This document shows, piece by piece, positions 50,630-61,440 of a stretch of 64,000 nucleotides of DNA (positions within the stretch are counted from its first letter, which is position 1; each line of letters starts with the position of its first letter). The position numbers and the translations under genes were made by a program. Below the pieces are notes generated by a model. It was not told the origin of the DNA and ran no database searches. It saw nothing but the letters and a program-made list of their open reading frames with translations. The stretch is taken from sequence record DRR378314_1653; one strand, given 5' to 3'.

Positions 50630-51550
50630 TTAAGCGCTGTTGGGCGTCGCTGAATGGCGTTCAACAAATGCCGCCAGGGCGCGGGCCGACCGCCCGGGAT
50701 TCTCCAGCATGGGAAGGTGGCCCACGCCCGGGAATACATGTATGTCAGCGTCTGGTGTGACCTGGCGAAACCAGTCCACACACCGTGTGGGCGTGATCAC
50801 GTCCCGATCACCCCACTGGACCTGCAGCGGTGGGGTGTCCGCGCCGAGGTAACGGGCCGGGGCCAGCGCATCGGTGAGCATGTCGTCGAAGATATGGCGC
50901 AGGGCTCGGGTTCGCTGCAGCAGGTCAGGTCCCAGAAGCCCCGTCATGGCCACGCCCATGGCCGTCGGCTTGCCACTGCCGACACTATTGAACATGTGGT
51001 AGACACCGGCCCAGTCCCGCGGAATCAGGATGGCGTCGCGGTCGGATTCAAACGGGGCGTTGATGTCCACGTTCGCGTGTTCGGGGATGCCGGCACTGTT
51101 CAGTACCGTCAGGGAGGCGGGCGCGGGTGTCATCCTGTGGGCGAGCACGGTGGCGATGGCGCCCCCCATGGAACTGCCGACCAGGTGAACGTTGTCACCT
51201 GCCATCGTATCAATCCAGGCTTCCAGCCGTGACGCCTGCGCTTCATAGCTGTAACGGGCGCCGGGATGGTAATCACTTTCACCAAGTCCTGGCAGATCCG
51301 GGACCAGGATGTGCCAGTGCCCGGGCAATCGCTGAAGCCAGAACGCCCAGTTCTCCTTCATGGCGGCAAAGCCGTGGAGCAGTATGACCGTGGGCCGGCC
51401 CACGGCCGGCATTCCTTTTTCCAGGTACACCATGCGGTGTCCGTCAATCGTGGTGTTACGGCGCTTTGCCTGAAGCAGCCAGCGCTGACCAGTGCGGGCC
51501 GCAGGCCATAAGTTTGGAGTAGGTATCTTCAAGGGAGGCTTCCGTCTCAA
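50630..51550 (-). CDS. Alpha/beta hydrolase (lipase/esterase)
   Basis: LLHGF, PDLPGLG, GSSMG and GHLPMLE motifs. Confidence 0.9.
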   Translation of the reverse strand: MRRKPPLKIPTPNLWPAARTGQRWLLQAKRRNTTIDGHRMVYLEKGMPAVGRPTVILLHGFAAMKENWAFWLQRLPGHWHILVPDLPGLGESDYHPGARYSYEAQASRLEAWIDTMAGDNVHLVGSSMGGAIATVLAHRMTPAPASLTVLNSAGIPEHANVDINAPFESDRDAILIPRDWAGVYHMFNSVGSGKPTAMGVAMTGLLGPDLLQRTRALRHIFDDMLTDALAPARYLGADTPPLQVQWGDRDVITPTRCVDWFRQVTPDADIHVFPGVGHLPMLENPGRSARALAAFVERHSATPNSA

Positions 51551-51634
51551 CTGGGTTGCCTCCAGTGTACTGCTTATCCTGCAACGGGCTTTGGCCTGCC
51601 TGCCCCGATGTTGCGGCTCGCGGGCAAGGTTGGA

Positions 51635-53401
51635 TCAGAGTGACAGATCGGTGATGACGGGGTCATGGTCTGAGGACCGCCAGGGATGCCCCATGGGTAC
51701 GGAAACAGGGCCCTTGTAGCCGAATGCGCGAGGTTCGTCGGCATTGACTGACCAGGTACGGGCGTCGACAACCTGTGCTAGCAGGCCTCTCGAGACCAGG
51801 CTGTAGTCCAGGGTTCCGCTGCGGCCATGAAATCGATAAGTCGTGTGCTTGCAGGCGCTGATTGTGCAGCCATGGAAATGACGAACGGCGTTGGTATAGC
51901 CTGCAGCGTCCATCAGCTGCAAGGGTGTTTCCTGTGCATAGGCATTCATATCGCCGGTGACCAGGGTGCCGGACAGACTGTCCGGTTGTGGCAGCGCATC
52001 GGCCCAGCGGATGATGGCTCGGGTCGCCCTCTCACGGCTTTGGCTGTAGCAGCCCTGCCCGTCGTCCTGATTCTGGTTCGGCCCCCGGGCGCCATGGCAG
52101 GCCTTGGACTTGAGGTGAGAGACGATAATTCTCAGGCCCCGGACACTGTCTAAGGGGCGAAATACCTGGGCCACCGGAGGTCGGCCTCTGCGGTTGAAGG
52201 GTTCGGCCGTTAATCGGCGGGCGGGGCCAGCAGTGACCACCCGGTCGCTGCGATACAGCAGGTCGGTGCGTATGGCATCATTGCCGGTATCGCCCGCCGT
52301 TTTCACGTAGCGCCAGTGTCCACCCAGGGCCTTCGCCAGCTCGGCAATGGCGCTCTTGTCACCATACCCATCATTTTCCAGTTCGGTCACTGCAAGGATG
52401 TCCGCGTCTGGTGCCGTCAATGCGGCTACGAGGCGTGCTTTCTGTTGTTCAAACTGAGCGGAGGATTGCGCGCCCCGCGCGGCCGGAAACCCTCCGCCAT
52501 GGCCATCCCCGTTGAAAAAATTGCCGAGGTTAAGCGTGACCACCCGGAGTGTGGCGGACGATGGCCGCTTGGGGGGCTGTGGCCGCGGATTGGCGGGCCG
52601 GAACGATGGTGTGGACTGTGGCTGCAGGCGCCAGGCGCCGAACCGGAAATCCAGTACGCCGGATAGCTCGCTGGCCTGGTCACCGGCGCGAACCGTGTTG
52701 CCGACGGACAGCGGCGGCCCCGGCCAGGGGATCGGGCGTGGGTTGCGTATCCCCAGGCCATCATCAAGCACCAAGCGGTTGCGTTCCTGTTCCTGATGGA
52801 GCGACTGTGCCTCCGGTCCGGGCTTTTGGAGCTCCGTGGCCATGGTCTGGGGACCTGCTGCGAGCGTCAGTTCACCGTAGCGGGCGAGGTTGTAGTGATC
52901 AACAACGGTCAGTGTATCGGTGACGACGATCCTCATGTTTTCCAGGTGCTCGGGTGTCCGGCCGTCTTGCCAGGGCAGCACAACAGGCACCGGAGCCGGC
53001 AGGCGGCCTTCACCACAGCGGGTGATGGAGGAAATGTCGGTGAGTTCGGTCAGGCCGTGGAATTCTTTTACCCGACCGGAGACGCGGACCCTTTCACCAG
53101 GCTGGCCGTCGGAACGATCGGTGTAAATGAACAGGGCCTCGGAGGTGGTTGGATTGCTGTCCGTTTCGCTGTCGGCCTGTTGCAGGTAAAAGCCCTGGAA
53201 ACCGCCACGATGGCGGGCATCCATGGTTATGACCCCTTCAACGGTGACGGTCTGGCCGGCGAGCGGAGAGTGATCGCCCGCACCCTGAACGCGGGAAACC
53301 GGGACGGCACCCGTCCCGCAACCAGCCTCTGTGGCAGTGGGCAGCCAGAACAACAGGGCGAGGGCAATGTGCCAGGAAGCGGAGCGTTTGGTTATGATCA
53401 C
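51635..53401 (-). CDS. ExeM/NucH-family extracellular endonuclease
   Basis: Signal peptide, OB fold (GFYLQ) and EEP domain (ELEN, SHLKSK, GDMNAY, LDY, SSDHDP). Confidence 0.92.
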   Translation of the reverse strand: MIITKRSASWHIALALLFWLPTATEAGCGTGAVPVSRVQGAGDHSPLAGQTVTVEGVITMDARHRGGFQGFYLQQADSETDSNPTTSEALFIYTDRSDGQPGERVRVSGRVKEFHGLTELTDISSITRCGEGRLPAPVPVVLPWQDGRTPEHLENMRIVVTDTLTVVDHYNLARYGELTLAAGPQTMATELQKPGPEAQSLHQEQERNRLVLDDGLGIRNPRPIPWPGPPLSVGNTVRAGDQASELSGVLDFRFGAWRLQPQSTPSFRPANPRPQPPKRPSSATLRVVTLNLGNFFNGDGHGGGFPAARGAQSSAQFEQQKARLVAALTAPDADILAVTELENDGYGDKSAIAELAKALGGHWRYVKTAGDTGNDAIRTDLLYRSDRVVTAGPARRLTAEPFNRRGRPPVAQVFRPLDSVRGLRIIVSHLKSKACHGARGPNQNQDDGQGCYSQSRERATRAIIRWADALPQPDSLSGTLVTGDMNAYAQETPLQLMDAAGYTNAVRHFHGCTISACKHTTYRFHGRSGTLDYSLVSRGLLAQVVDARTWSVNADEPRAFGYKGPVSVPMGHPWRSSDHDPVITDLSL

Positions 53402-53410
53402 CCGCTCAGT

Positions 53411-54316
53411 CTAGCAGAGCCCTGCTACCGCTTTAATAGCCCGTTCGCGCGCCGATTCCGCGATGCCCAGCTGTCCCTCATTGGCCAGCTCCAGTTGCTG
53501 GACCATTGGGTCCGGGTGCTGGCTGTCTGAACCCAGGCCGAGCCGGGAGAGCACGTAGGGTGCAAGAGCCGCGCGGGTGGTGACCTCAAGCCGGCTGTCG
53601 GTCATGCCGTAGTCGGTGGCAATGATGTCTTGCTGCGCCTTGTTCAGGCGACTGTCAGGCATCATGACCAGTGAGATCTGACGGTTCCAGTCATCATCAT
53701 GCTGGATGGTATGGCGGCTGCGCTGTCGGGTGGTTTCTGGCTTGCCCCGAAAACGGCTGAGGGCAAAATCCCGGAATTCCCGGTTGGAGTCACACCAGGC
53801 GCGGAGGTGCCAGTTCTGACCCACACACACCAGGGTGTGGGGTTCCAGGGTCCGCTGGGAAACACCCACCGGGCTCAGGGAGGCATAGTCTGCCTTCATG
53901 ACCCGGCCATGGCGGGCGGCAGCGACGACGGCCCGCATGACTTCCGGCTTGATAACGCGCTCCGGGCCGCGGACGATGGTGTTGTCCGGCAAGCTGATGT
54001 TGAGCGACTCAAAGGTGTTGCTGAGGCTGTCTTGGCGGGCCAGCAGGTCCTGATATTCACTGGCGTGTCCGCTGGTGACCACCGGCCGGAAACCCGACGA
54101 GGGCACGTAGCCCTTGAGATGGCGATCATAAACCAGATTGTCTGGTGCCAGTTCCCGCAGGTAGGTATTGATGTCCTTGGAAGCCTGCTGTCGCCCGATG
54201 CCGAAACTGTGGCAGATGTGATTGGTGGTGAGCCGTCCTTCCCATAGGGCGATGATTTCAATCAGCCGGTAGCGAAGCAACAGATCCCACCGAATGGGCC
54301 AGTCCGTTTTTTTCAT
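53411..54316 (-). CDS. WYL-domain transcriptional regulator (BrxR/CapW-like)
   Basis: LWEGRLTT...FGIGRQQASKDI wHTH; WHLRAWC...FRDFALSRF WYL core; DYGM C-terminal domain. Confidence 0.9.
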   Translation of the reverse strand: MKKTDWPIRWDLLLRYRLIEIIALWEGRLTTNHICHSFGIGRQQASKDINTYLRELAPDNLVYDRHLKGYVPSSGFRPVVTSGHASEYQDLLARQDSLSNTFESLNISLPDNTIVRGPERVIKPEVMRAVVAAARHGRVMKADYASLSPVGVSQRTLEPHTLVCVGQNWHLRAWCDSNREFRDFALSRFRGKPETTRQRSRHTIQHDDDWNRQISLVMMPDSRLNKAQQDIIATDYGMTDSRLEVTTRAALAPYVLSRLGLGSDSQHPDPMVQQLELANEGQLGIAESARERAIKAVAGLC

Positions 54317-54622
54317 AACCAGGCGCTCATGGTTAGCGTGGATTGCATGAGATGAGAGACTCTCGTGGGTTCAAATGGGCAGCAATTAACTACCCACATG
54401 TTAACCCCTCAGCCTGCCAGCGTGTGTTACGTCACCTTAATGTAAAATGATGTTAAATCCAGTCATCACGGTGCTGCAAGCGGTATTAGAGATTTCGGGA
54501 ACTGCGTAGTGGTTTTGTGGATTGGGCCCTGTTCTAATTCCCGGCCTGAAATGTTCCGGCGTTGCTGCTACTTTCATTACATTCCTGTATCAACCCGTAT
54601 CAAGTTCGCCGGAGCCTGACTG

Positions 54623-55909
54623 ATGACCCGAATGGTCACCTCGCTTTCAGCCCTGATCCTCAGTATTGTCCTTTTGGTCAGTGGCAACGCCTTTCTGATG
54701 ACCCTTCTGGGTGTGCGCCTGAGTATTGAAAGCGTCTCGCCGAATATTATTGGCTGGATACTGGTGTGCTACTCCATTGGCTTTGTGTTGGGCACGCTCT
54801 ATGTGCATCACATCATTGGTCGTGTCGGGCATATCCGGGCTTTTGCGGTCTTTGCAGCCATGGCGGCAGTATGCGCCCTGCTTTACCCAATGGCAGTGTC
54901 CGAGGTGTTCTGGGCGGTGCTGCGTGCGTTGTCGGGCTTCAGTGTGGCTGGCGTGCTGGTGGTCATTGAGAGTTGGTTCAGCAGCCGTGCCACCAATGCC
55001 AACCGGGGAGCTCTTTTCGCCGTCTACCAGATTGTGTTCTACCTGTCTGCCGCAGGTGGACAGTTGCTGATCAACGTCGGGGAGCCGTCCTCGTTTATTC
55101 CGTTTTCCCTGGCCGCCGTCCTGCTGACGCTGGCGCTGATCCCCCTTTCGCTGACGCGCATGGATGCCCCGGTGATTGAGAAGTCCGAGCGGCTGTCGTT
55201 CTTTACCCTGGCGCGTGAGTCGTTCACCGGAGTTTCCGGAGCGCTGATCTGCGGTGTCATGATCGGCTCGTTCTATGCGCTTGGTCCGGTCTACGCCACC
55301 CTCGTGGGCCTGGAAGTCAGCCGGGTGTCGACCTTTATGGCCAGTGCCATCGTCGCCGCCATGATCCTGGCCTGGCCGTTGGGGCTGGTGTGTGACCGGT
55401 TTGACCGTCGCCGTGTGATGTTCTGGGTTGCGGTAACAGCGGGTACGTCGGCAGTGTTCGTTGGCCTCCTTGGGGCTGAACGGATGTGGCTGCTGACCCT
55501 GCTGGTTGGCCTGTTTACGGGCCTGTCGGCCACGCTGTATCCAATCGCGGTTGCCATTACCAACGATCGGATGGAAAGCAACCGTATTGTGGCCGCCAGT
55601 GCGACGCTGCTGCTGAGCTATGGCGTGGGCAGTGTCATTGGCCCCATTGTCATGGCCGAGTTGGTGGGCAAGCTGGGCCCGAGAGGGCTGTTCTTTGGCA
55701 ACGCCGGGTTCCTGATGGTGTTGGCGGTGATTACCAGTTATCGCATCAGCCACACTGACGACGTGCCGGTGGCGGAACAGGAACACTTCATACCTGCCAT
55801 GCCGGAGACCTCGTCGGTGCTGACGGAAATGGATCCCCGGAACGAGGAGTTCCACCAGTCCGCGGAAGCGACGGAACTTCAAGAAGAGGACATGCGAAAG
55901 ACCGGTTGA
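54623..55909 (+). CDS. MFS transporter (YcaD-like)
   Basis: RVGHIRAF, VIESW and DRFDRR motifs; 12 TM helices. Confidence 0.88.
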   Translation: MTRMVTSLSALILSIVLLVSGNAFLMTLLGVRLSIESVSPNIIGWILVCYSIGFVLGTLYVHHIIGRVGHIRAFAVFAAMAAVCALLYPMAVSEVFWAVLRALSGFSVAGVLVVIESWFSSRATNANRGALFAVYQIVFYLSAAGGQLLINVGEPSSFIPFSLAAVLLTLALIPLSLTRMDAPVIEKSERLSFFTLARESFTGVSGALICGVMIGSFYALGPVYATLVGLEVSRVSTFMASAIVAAMILAWPLGLVCDRFDRRRVMFWVAVTAGTSAVFVGLLGAERMWLLTLLVGLFTGLSATLYPIAVAITNDRMESNRIVAASATLLLSYGVGSVIGPIVMAELVGKLGPRGLFFGNAGFLMVLAVITSYRISHTDDVPVAEQEHFIPAMPETSSVLTEMDPRNEEFHQSAEATELQEEDMRKTG

Positions 55910-55991
55910 TGAGGCCGGTTTTCTCGCGTTCAGACCCGGACCTCTCGGTTTTCCCCAATTTTGTTTCACCTTACATATCTGTTTTTATCTT

Positions 55992-56009
55992 AATGGTTAG
56001 CTTACTATT
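55992..56009. promoter_or_regulatory. Putative MarR/SlyA operator
   Basis: Imperfect palindrome AATGGTTAGCTTACTATT resembling the SlyA site TTAGCAAGCTAA, upstream of the MarR gene. Confidence 0.5.
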
Positions 56010-56098
56010 GGTAACGTTATCCGTCACTGCAGTCTTTCGGCAGTGGTATTCGTTACAGGTAGTACAGCAGTCGATACCCATTACCGGAGTTCCAGATC

Positions 56099-56524
56099 AT
56101 GAGAGATCAGTTTCCCTTTGCCGTCGCCCGGGTTACCCGTCGCTGGCGCAAATTGCTGGATGAACGCCTTAAGGATCTGGGCGTCACCCAGGCCCGTTGG
56201 ACGACCATGGTCTATCTGCAGCAAGGGGGCGAAGGGCTGACCCAGCGTGAGCTTGCCCGCCTGATGGCCATCGAGAATCCGACTCTGGTGCGACTGCTGG
56301 ACAGCCTCGAACAGCAGGGCCTGATTGAGCGTCGTCCCTGCCCCAATGACCGTCGTGCCCGCCGTCTTCACCTCACCAGCGACGGAACCGAGTTCATGAA
56401 CGTCCTGACCGAGCGTGCGGCCCGCCTGCGTGAAGAAATGCTGGATGGCATTAGCGACGACGACATTGAAAGCGCGGTCAAAGTATTTCACAAAATTATG
56501 GAGAATGCGGAGCGCCAACGGTGA
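56099..56524 (+). CDS. MarR family regulator (SlyA-like)
   Basis: LGVTQARW, TQRELA...PTLVRLLD and DRRA motifs. Confidence 0.92.
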   Translation: MRDQFPFAVARVTRRWRKLLDERLKDLGVTQARWTTMVYLQQGGEGLTQRELARLMAIENPTLVRLLDSLEQQGLIERRPCPNDRRARRLHLTSDGTEFMNVLTERAARLREEMLDGISDDDIESAVKVFHKIMENAERQR

Positions 56525-56551
56525 TGGTGTTCTGTCGGTGCGTTATCCGGT

Positions 56552-57958
56552 TTGAGGGTTTTTGGTCTGAGCGATAACACGGTTGACGGGCTAAGAGCCC
56601 GTTACGGGGAGCGCTGGCGCTGGCTGGCCGTTGCCACGGTGATGTTGGGCACGATGGCAACGGTGCTCAGCGCAACAGTGGTGAACGTTGCGCTCCACGA
56701 TATTATGCTGGAATTCGGTATCCGCCAGGGCCAGGTTCACTGGCTGGCCACCGGGTTCATTGCAGCCATGACCACGACCATGCTGGCGTCGTCGTGGCTG
56801 CTGGATCATTTCGGAGTGCGCAAGACTCTGGCCACGGCCATGTTCCTGTTTACCGTGATCTCTCTACTCGGTGGTTTCGCCACGTCCCCTGAACAGTTGA
56901 TTGCTGCCCGCATAGGCCAGGGCGCCATGGCTGGGCTGATGCAGCCAATGGGCATGTACCTGGTGTTTCGGATTTTCCCCCGGAACCGTCGTGGCCAGGC
57001 CATGGGGATCTATGGCATGGGGGTGATCCTTGCGCCGGCATTGGGCCCGGTCCTGGGTGGCTTCCTGGTGGACCAGTTGGACTGGCGTTACGTGATGTTT
57101 GCCCCCGTGCCCGTCACCCTGACCGGGGTGTTGATGGCTTGGCGTTTCCTACCCCTGCCGGTCTCACGCCCGGCCCCCTACCGCTTTGACCTGCCTGGGC
57201 TGGTGTTGCTGGGGCTTGCCATCGGCTTGTCCCTGGATACGCTCAACCGGCTTCAGCAACTGGCGGGGCAGGAAGGGCGGATTGCGATCGAGGGCGCCGT
57301 TGCGATACTGGCCCTGGTGCTGTTTGTGATGCGTGAGCGGCGTGCCCGCCACCCATTGGTGAACATTGAGCTGTTGCGAAACCCTGCCTTTGTGTATGCC
57401 AATCTGGGTGCCATGGCGTTGGGGCTTGCGTTGTTCGGATCCACCTACCTGGTGCCGCTGTTTGTGCAGACGGCGCTGGACTTCACCGCGACCGAGGCCG
57501 GATTGCTCATGCTTCCTGCCGGGCTGGTGCTGGGCATGACGTTTCCCGTGGCCGGTCGGCTGGCGGACCGCCTGAGTGCCCGTAAGCTGGTTATATTCGG
57601 CATTATCCTGTTCGCAACCTCGGCGATGCTATTTGCGGTATCGGATATTGAACTTGCCTTTGGCTGGTTGGCGCTGTGGACCGTACTTGGGCGTATCGGG
57701 ATCGGCTTCATGCTGCCTGCACTCTCGACAGGCGCCCTGAATCCACTGGCGCCGGAACAATTGGGTGCCGGTTCGAGCACCATCAATTTTACCCGCCAAC
57801 TCGGGGGTGCTTTTGGCGTGAACATCGTGGCCCTGACCATTGAGTTCGGGGACCACAGTGGTGGTATCCCGACCATTGGGGCGTTTCATTCGGCCTGGTG
57901 GCTGGTGGCGTTGTTCGTGGCGGTGGCGGCCATTCCGGTGTGGAAGATGCGCGTGTAG
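56552..57958 (+). CDS. DHA2-family MFS efflux permease
   Basis: TVVNVAL, APALGPVLGG and RQLGGAFG motifs; about 14 TM helices. Confidence 0.9.
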   Translation: MRVFGLSDNTVDGLRARYGERWRWLAVATVMLGTMATVLSATVVNVALHDIMLEFGIRQGQVHWLATGFIAAMTTTMLASSWLLDHFGVRKTLATAMFLFTVISLLGGFATSPEQLIAARIGQGAMAGLMQPMGMYLVFRIFPRNRRGQAMGIYGMGVILAPALGPVLGGFLVDQLDWRYVMFAPVPVTLTGVLMAWRFLPLPVSRPAPYRFDLPGLVLLGLAIGLSLDTLNRLQQLAGQEGRIAIEGAVAILALVLFVMRERRARHPLVNIELLRNPAFVYANLGAMALGLALFGSTYLVPLFVQTALDFTATEAGLLMLPAGLVLGMTFPVAGRLADRLSARKLVIFGIILFATSAMLFAVSDIELAFGWLALWTVLGRIGIGFMLPALSTGALNPLAPEQLGAGSSTINFTRQLGGAFGVNIVALTIEFGDHSGGIPTIGAFHSAWWLVALFVAVAAIPVWKMRV

Positions 57959-57997
57959 TTGTCACCGGGCGAGTTATTGATTAAGATTCCTGCACTC

Positions 57998-58122
57998 TTC
58001 AGGGGAGTAGCCTCCGCACCGAAACCCGTTTTCAGGGGCGGATGGTAGTCAACATACTTGGGGCTCAATCCCCGTGGCTATCATGTTTCGCTGACACACC
58101 AGTGAAATTGGCAAGACCTGAG
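57998..58122 (+). ncRNA. yybP-ykoY manganese riboswitch
   Basis: AGGGGAGTAGC...GTCAACATACT...GGCAAGACCT hallmark segments; TTCAGG/CCTGAG closing stem; upstream of a UPF0016 exporter. Confidence 0.9.
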
Positions 58123-58188
58123 GCAGTGTCACCTCCCAGGGCGGAAGGTGGGCTGTCTCATGTCTGAATGTCCGCCCCGGAGTTTTTC

Positions 58189-58758
58189 ATGGACGCTTTT
58201 CTCGCTTCAACGGTTGCGGTCGCCATTGCGGAGATCGGCGACAAGACCCAACTGCTCTCCCTCTTCCTGGTTGCCCGTTACGCCAAACGTTTACCCATTA
58301 TTCTTGGCATACTTGTCGCCACCCTGCTGAATCATGCGTTATCGGCACTGCTGGGTGCCTGGATTGCGGAGTGGATTCCGCAAACCTGGTTACCCTGGAT
58401 CCTGGCGTCCAGCTTCGTGGCCATTGCTCTCTGGTTGCTGATTCCGGATAAGGATGACAGTGGCGACTCGGCGTTCCTGGGTATGGGGGCCTTCATGGCC
58501 ACGATCGTGATGTTCTTCCTGGCGGAAATTGGCGACAAGACCCAGATCGCAACCGTGGTGCTGGCGGCGCGATATACGGAAACCTTCTGGGTGATTATGG
58601 GCACCACCGTTGGTATGCTGCTGGCTAATATACCGGTTATCATGGCCGGTAAATGGTTGATGGACCGGTTACCACTGGCTACGGCCAGAATAGGAGCCAG
58701 CCTTCTATTTGTGATTCTGGCTGTTGCCACGGTGTGGGCAGCCCTGACGTCGGTCTGA
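58189..58758 (+). CDS. TMEM165/GDT1 (UPF0016) Mn2+/Ca2+ exporter
   Basis: Two EIGDKTQ motifs; start at 58189 or 58168. Confidence 0.94.
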   Translation: MDAFLASTVAVAIAEIGDKTQLLSLFLVARYAKRLPIILGILVATLLNHALSALLGAWIAEWIPQTWLPWILASSFVAIALWLLIPDKDDSGDSAFLGMGAFMATIVMFFLAEIGDKTQIATVVLAARYTETFWVIMGTTVGMLLANIPVIMAGKWLMDRLPLATARIGASLLFVILAVATVWAALTSV

Positions 58759-58801
58759 AGCGCGTTGTCGTCGCCGCAGATCGGATATCGGATTGGACGC
58801 T

Positions 58802-59869
58802 ATGTATCGAAAGCAGTTGACAGGTTTTCTGCTGGTCTTGCTGGCCCTGGTGTCGGCCAGCCCGCTTGTTGCCGAAACCGAGCTACAGGCCAAGGGTCAG
58901 GAACTGAGTACGCCTGACAAAGACAACCAAACCCCGGAGCAGCCCCGTGTTCCCCGTTTTTCCATCGAGGGTGACCTGGCCGGGGAGCTGTCGGTGATGA
59001 CCACCCGCTATGAGGACACCTTTGCAGGTATCGGCAATCGCAACAGCCTTGGTTACCTGGAACTCGTCAAGGCCAACCCCGGTGTGGATCCCTGGCTGCC
59101 CGGTGACGGAACCCGGATAACCGTGCCCCGGCATTATGTGCTTCCGGATGTGAAACGCGAGGGCATTGTCATCAACCTGGCGGAATACCGGTTGTACTAC
59201 TTTACTGAGGGAAAGGTTCAGGTCTATCCGGTGGGCGTCGGCACTGAGGAAAACCCGTCGCCATTGACCAACGCCGAAGTGACCATGCCGCTGGAATCAC
59301 CGGCCTGGTATCCGCCCGCAAGCATTCGCGCCGAATACGAAGCTTCGGGCGACTACCTGCCCCGGATGATTCCACCGGGGCCGGGCAACCCCCTGGGCTC
59401 CCACGCGCTGATGCTCAGTGAGAAAGGTTACCTGATTCACGGCACCAATAAGCAGTTCGGTGTGGGCATGCAGGTTAGCCATGGCTGTTTTCGCATGTAC
59501 AACGAGGACATTTCCCGGTTTGTCTATGAAGTTGCCAAAGGCACGCCGGTGCAGGTTATCCGCGAGCCCGTCAAGATTGGCATGAAGGGCAACGAAGTCT
59601 GGCTGGAAGTACACCGTCCTGACGAAGACTATAGCCAGCAGGACCGTGAGCAGCTGTGGAAGCTGGTTCAGCGGACGGTTGAAGATTTCCGGCAGCGAAT
59701 GCCGGGTGTGGAGGTCAAGCGCATGGCGATTGAGCTGGCCGTGGACCAGGCGGACGGCCTCCCGCGGATGGTGGGCGAACGCCTGACCCGTGTCGCGGAT
59801 GACGCTGCCGGGCCGATGCGCAGTACCCCTGATGGCGAAAAAGGTGAGAAGCAGCGCCTCTGGTTCTGA
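58802..59869 (+). CDS. L,D-transpeptidase (ErfK/YbiS/YcfS type)
   Basis: ANPGVDPWLP, INLAEYRLYY and IHGTN...SHGCFRM motifs. Confidence 0.92.
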   Translation: MYRKQLTGFLLVLLALVSASPLVAETELQAKGQELSTPDKDNQTPEQPRVPRFSIEGDLAGELSVMTTRYEDTFAGIGNRNSLGYLELVKANPGVDPWLPGDGTRITVPRHYVLPDVKREGIVINLAEYRLYYFTEGKVQVYPVGVGTEENPSPLTNAEVTMPLESPAWYPPASIRAEYEASGDYLPRMIPPGPGNPLGSHALMLSEKGYLIHGTNKQFGVGMQVSHGCFRMYNEDISRFVYEVAKGTPVQVIREPVKIGMKGNEVWLEVHRPDEDYSQQDREQLWKLVQRTVEDFRQRMPGVEVKRMAIELAVDQADGLPRMVGERLTRVADDAAGPMRSTPDGEKGEKQRLWF

Positions 59870-59909
59870 GGCGCCCATGTTCTGATCCGTTGAACGGATC
59901 CGGGGAGGA

Positions 59910-61382
59910 GTGATGAACGCTAACCGACCCAACCGATCCATCCCCTCCGGCCGCCTGTCCTGGTGGCTGGTCACGTTCCTGCTTGGCCTTGTGCTTGCCC
60001 TGGGCTCCCTGTCCCATACCGTCATTGCCCAGCAGGAGGATGCACCGACCGGCCTGGTACTGACAGTGGACGGTGCCATCGGACCTGCCACCATGGATTA
60101 TCTGGTAAGGGGCATTCGCCGCGCCGAGTCCGAGGGTGCCGAATTGGTCGTTATCCGGATGGATACCCCCGGCGGCCTGATGGAGTCCATGCGCGGTATC
60201 ATCAAGGAAATCCTCTCTTCAGACGTACCTGTGGTGACCTGGGTATCACCGGCGGGCGCGCGTGCCGCCAGTGCCGGCACCTATATTCTCTACGGCAGTC
60301 ATGTGGCGGCGATGGCAGAGGCTACCCACCTTGGGTCCGCCACGCCGGTCCAGATGGGCGGGCTGCCGGGCTCCGAGAAGCAGGCGCCCGCAGAGGACAC
60401 CGAGCCAGACGAAACGGACAGCGCCGGCGACAAGGAATCGGCACAGGATGACGCAAGCGCTTCGGATAAGCGCCGGGGTGGAACGGCGATGGAGCGCAAA
60501 GTACTGGAAGACGCCGTCAGTTACATCCGTGGCCTGGCGGAACGCCATGGCCGCAATGCCGACTGGGCCGAGCAGGCCGTCCGTGAAGCCGTCAATCTGG
60601 GTGCGGAAGACGCACTGGCGCAGAACGTGGTGGATGTTGTTGCCAACAACATGGACGGCCTGATGCAGCAGATTGATGGGCGCACCGTGAAAATGGCCGG
60701 GGGTGAGAGAACACTGGCCACCGCGAACATTGAACTGACGCGCACGGACCCCGACTGGCGCACCCGTCTGTTGTCGGTGATCACAGACCCGAACGTGGCC
60801 TATTTCCTGATGATCATCGGCTTCTATGGCATTATCTTTGAGCTTTCCAATCCTGGCGCCATATTCCCCGGTGTTATTGGGGCCATCTGCCTGATTCTCG
60901 CACTGTTTGCCTTCCAGGTTCTGTCTGTCAACTACGCCGGCCTTGCCCTGATTCTGCTGGGGCTCGCCTTCATAGTCGGGGAAGCCTTCATGCCCAGTTT
61001 TGGCATATTGGGGATAGGGGGGATTGTCGCGTTTGTGACCGGCTCCATCATACTGATGGATGGCAGTCATCAGGCGATTTCGCTACCCACCATTGGTGGC
61101 ACAGCGCTGGTGGCAGCGGGCTTTATCCTCTGGACCGTTATCCGCTTTGTGGGTCTGCGCCGGAAACCCCCTGTCAGCGGCAGCGAACAGATTGTCCACG
61201 AGCGAGTAACAGCACTTGATGAGTTCCAGGAAGATGACGGGTACTTCAGGGGGCATGTTCGCATGAGCGGTGAACGCTGGAATGCGGCCTGCAAAAACCC
61301 TGTGAGCAACGGTGACAAGTTGCGGGTGACGGCGTTGGAAGGATTGACGGTTTACGTCGAAGCCGACAAGGCAGAAGCCTGA
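59910..61382 (+). CDS. NfeD-family membrane-bound serine protease
   Basis: MDTPGG, AASAG and GSATPV motifs; TM region; C-terminal OB fold (GERWNA). Confidence 0.92.
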   Translation: MMNANRPNRSIPSGRLSWWLVTFLLGLVLALGSLSHTVIAQQEDAPTGLVLTVDGAIGPATMDYLVRGIRRAESEGAELVVIRMDTPGGLMESMRGIIKEILSSDVPVVTWVSPAGARAASAGTYILYGSHVAAMAEATHLGSATPVQMGGLPGSEKQAPAEDTEPDETDSAGDKESAQDDASASDKRRGGTAMERKVLEDAVSYIRGLAERHGRNADWAEQAVREAVNLGAEDALAQNVVDVVANNMDGLMQQIDGRTVKMAGGERTLATANIELTRTDPDWRTRLLSVITDPNVAYFLMIIGFYGIIFELSNPGAIFPGVIGAICLILALFAFQVLSVNYAGLALILLGLAFIVGEAFMPSFGILGIGGIVAFVTGSIILMDGSHQAISLPTIGGTALVAAGFILWTVIRFVGLRRKPPVSGSEQIVHERVTALDEFQEDDGYFRGHVRMSGERWNAACKNPVSNGDKLRVTALEGLTVYVEADKAEA

Positions 61383-61440
61383 TATCCGACTGGAGCGTGT
61401 GTACAGGTTACCCGGCGATCAAGCCAACGAAGGAGACCTT

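Noticed and set aside
53411-54620. WYL gene as marker of a defence island, with an operator palindrome upstream
   Set aside because: Flanking genes are transporters and hydrolases; only a weak palindrome (GGGCAG...CTACCC) is visible, too poor to call
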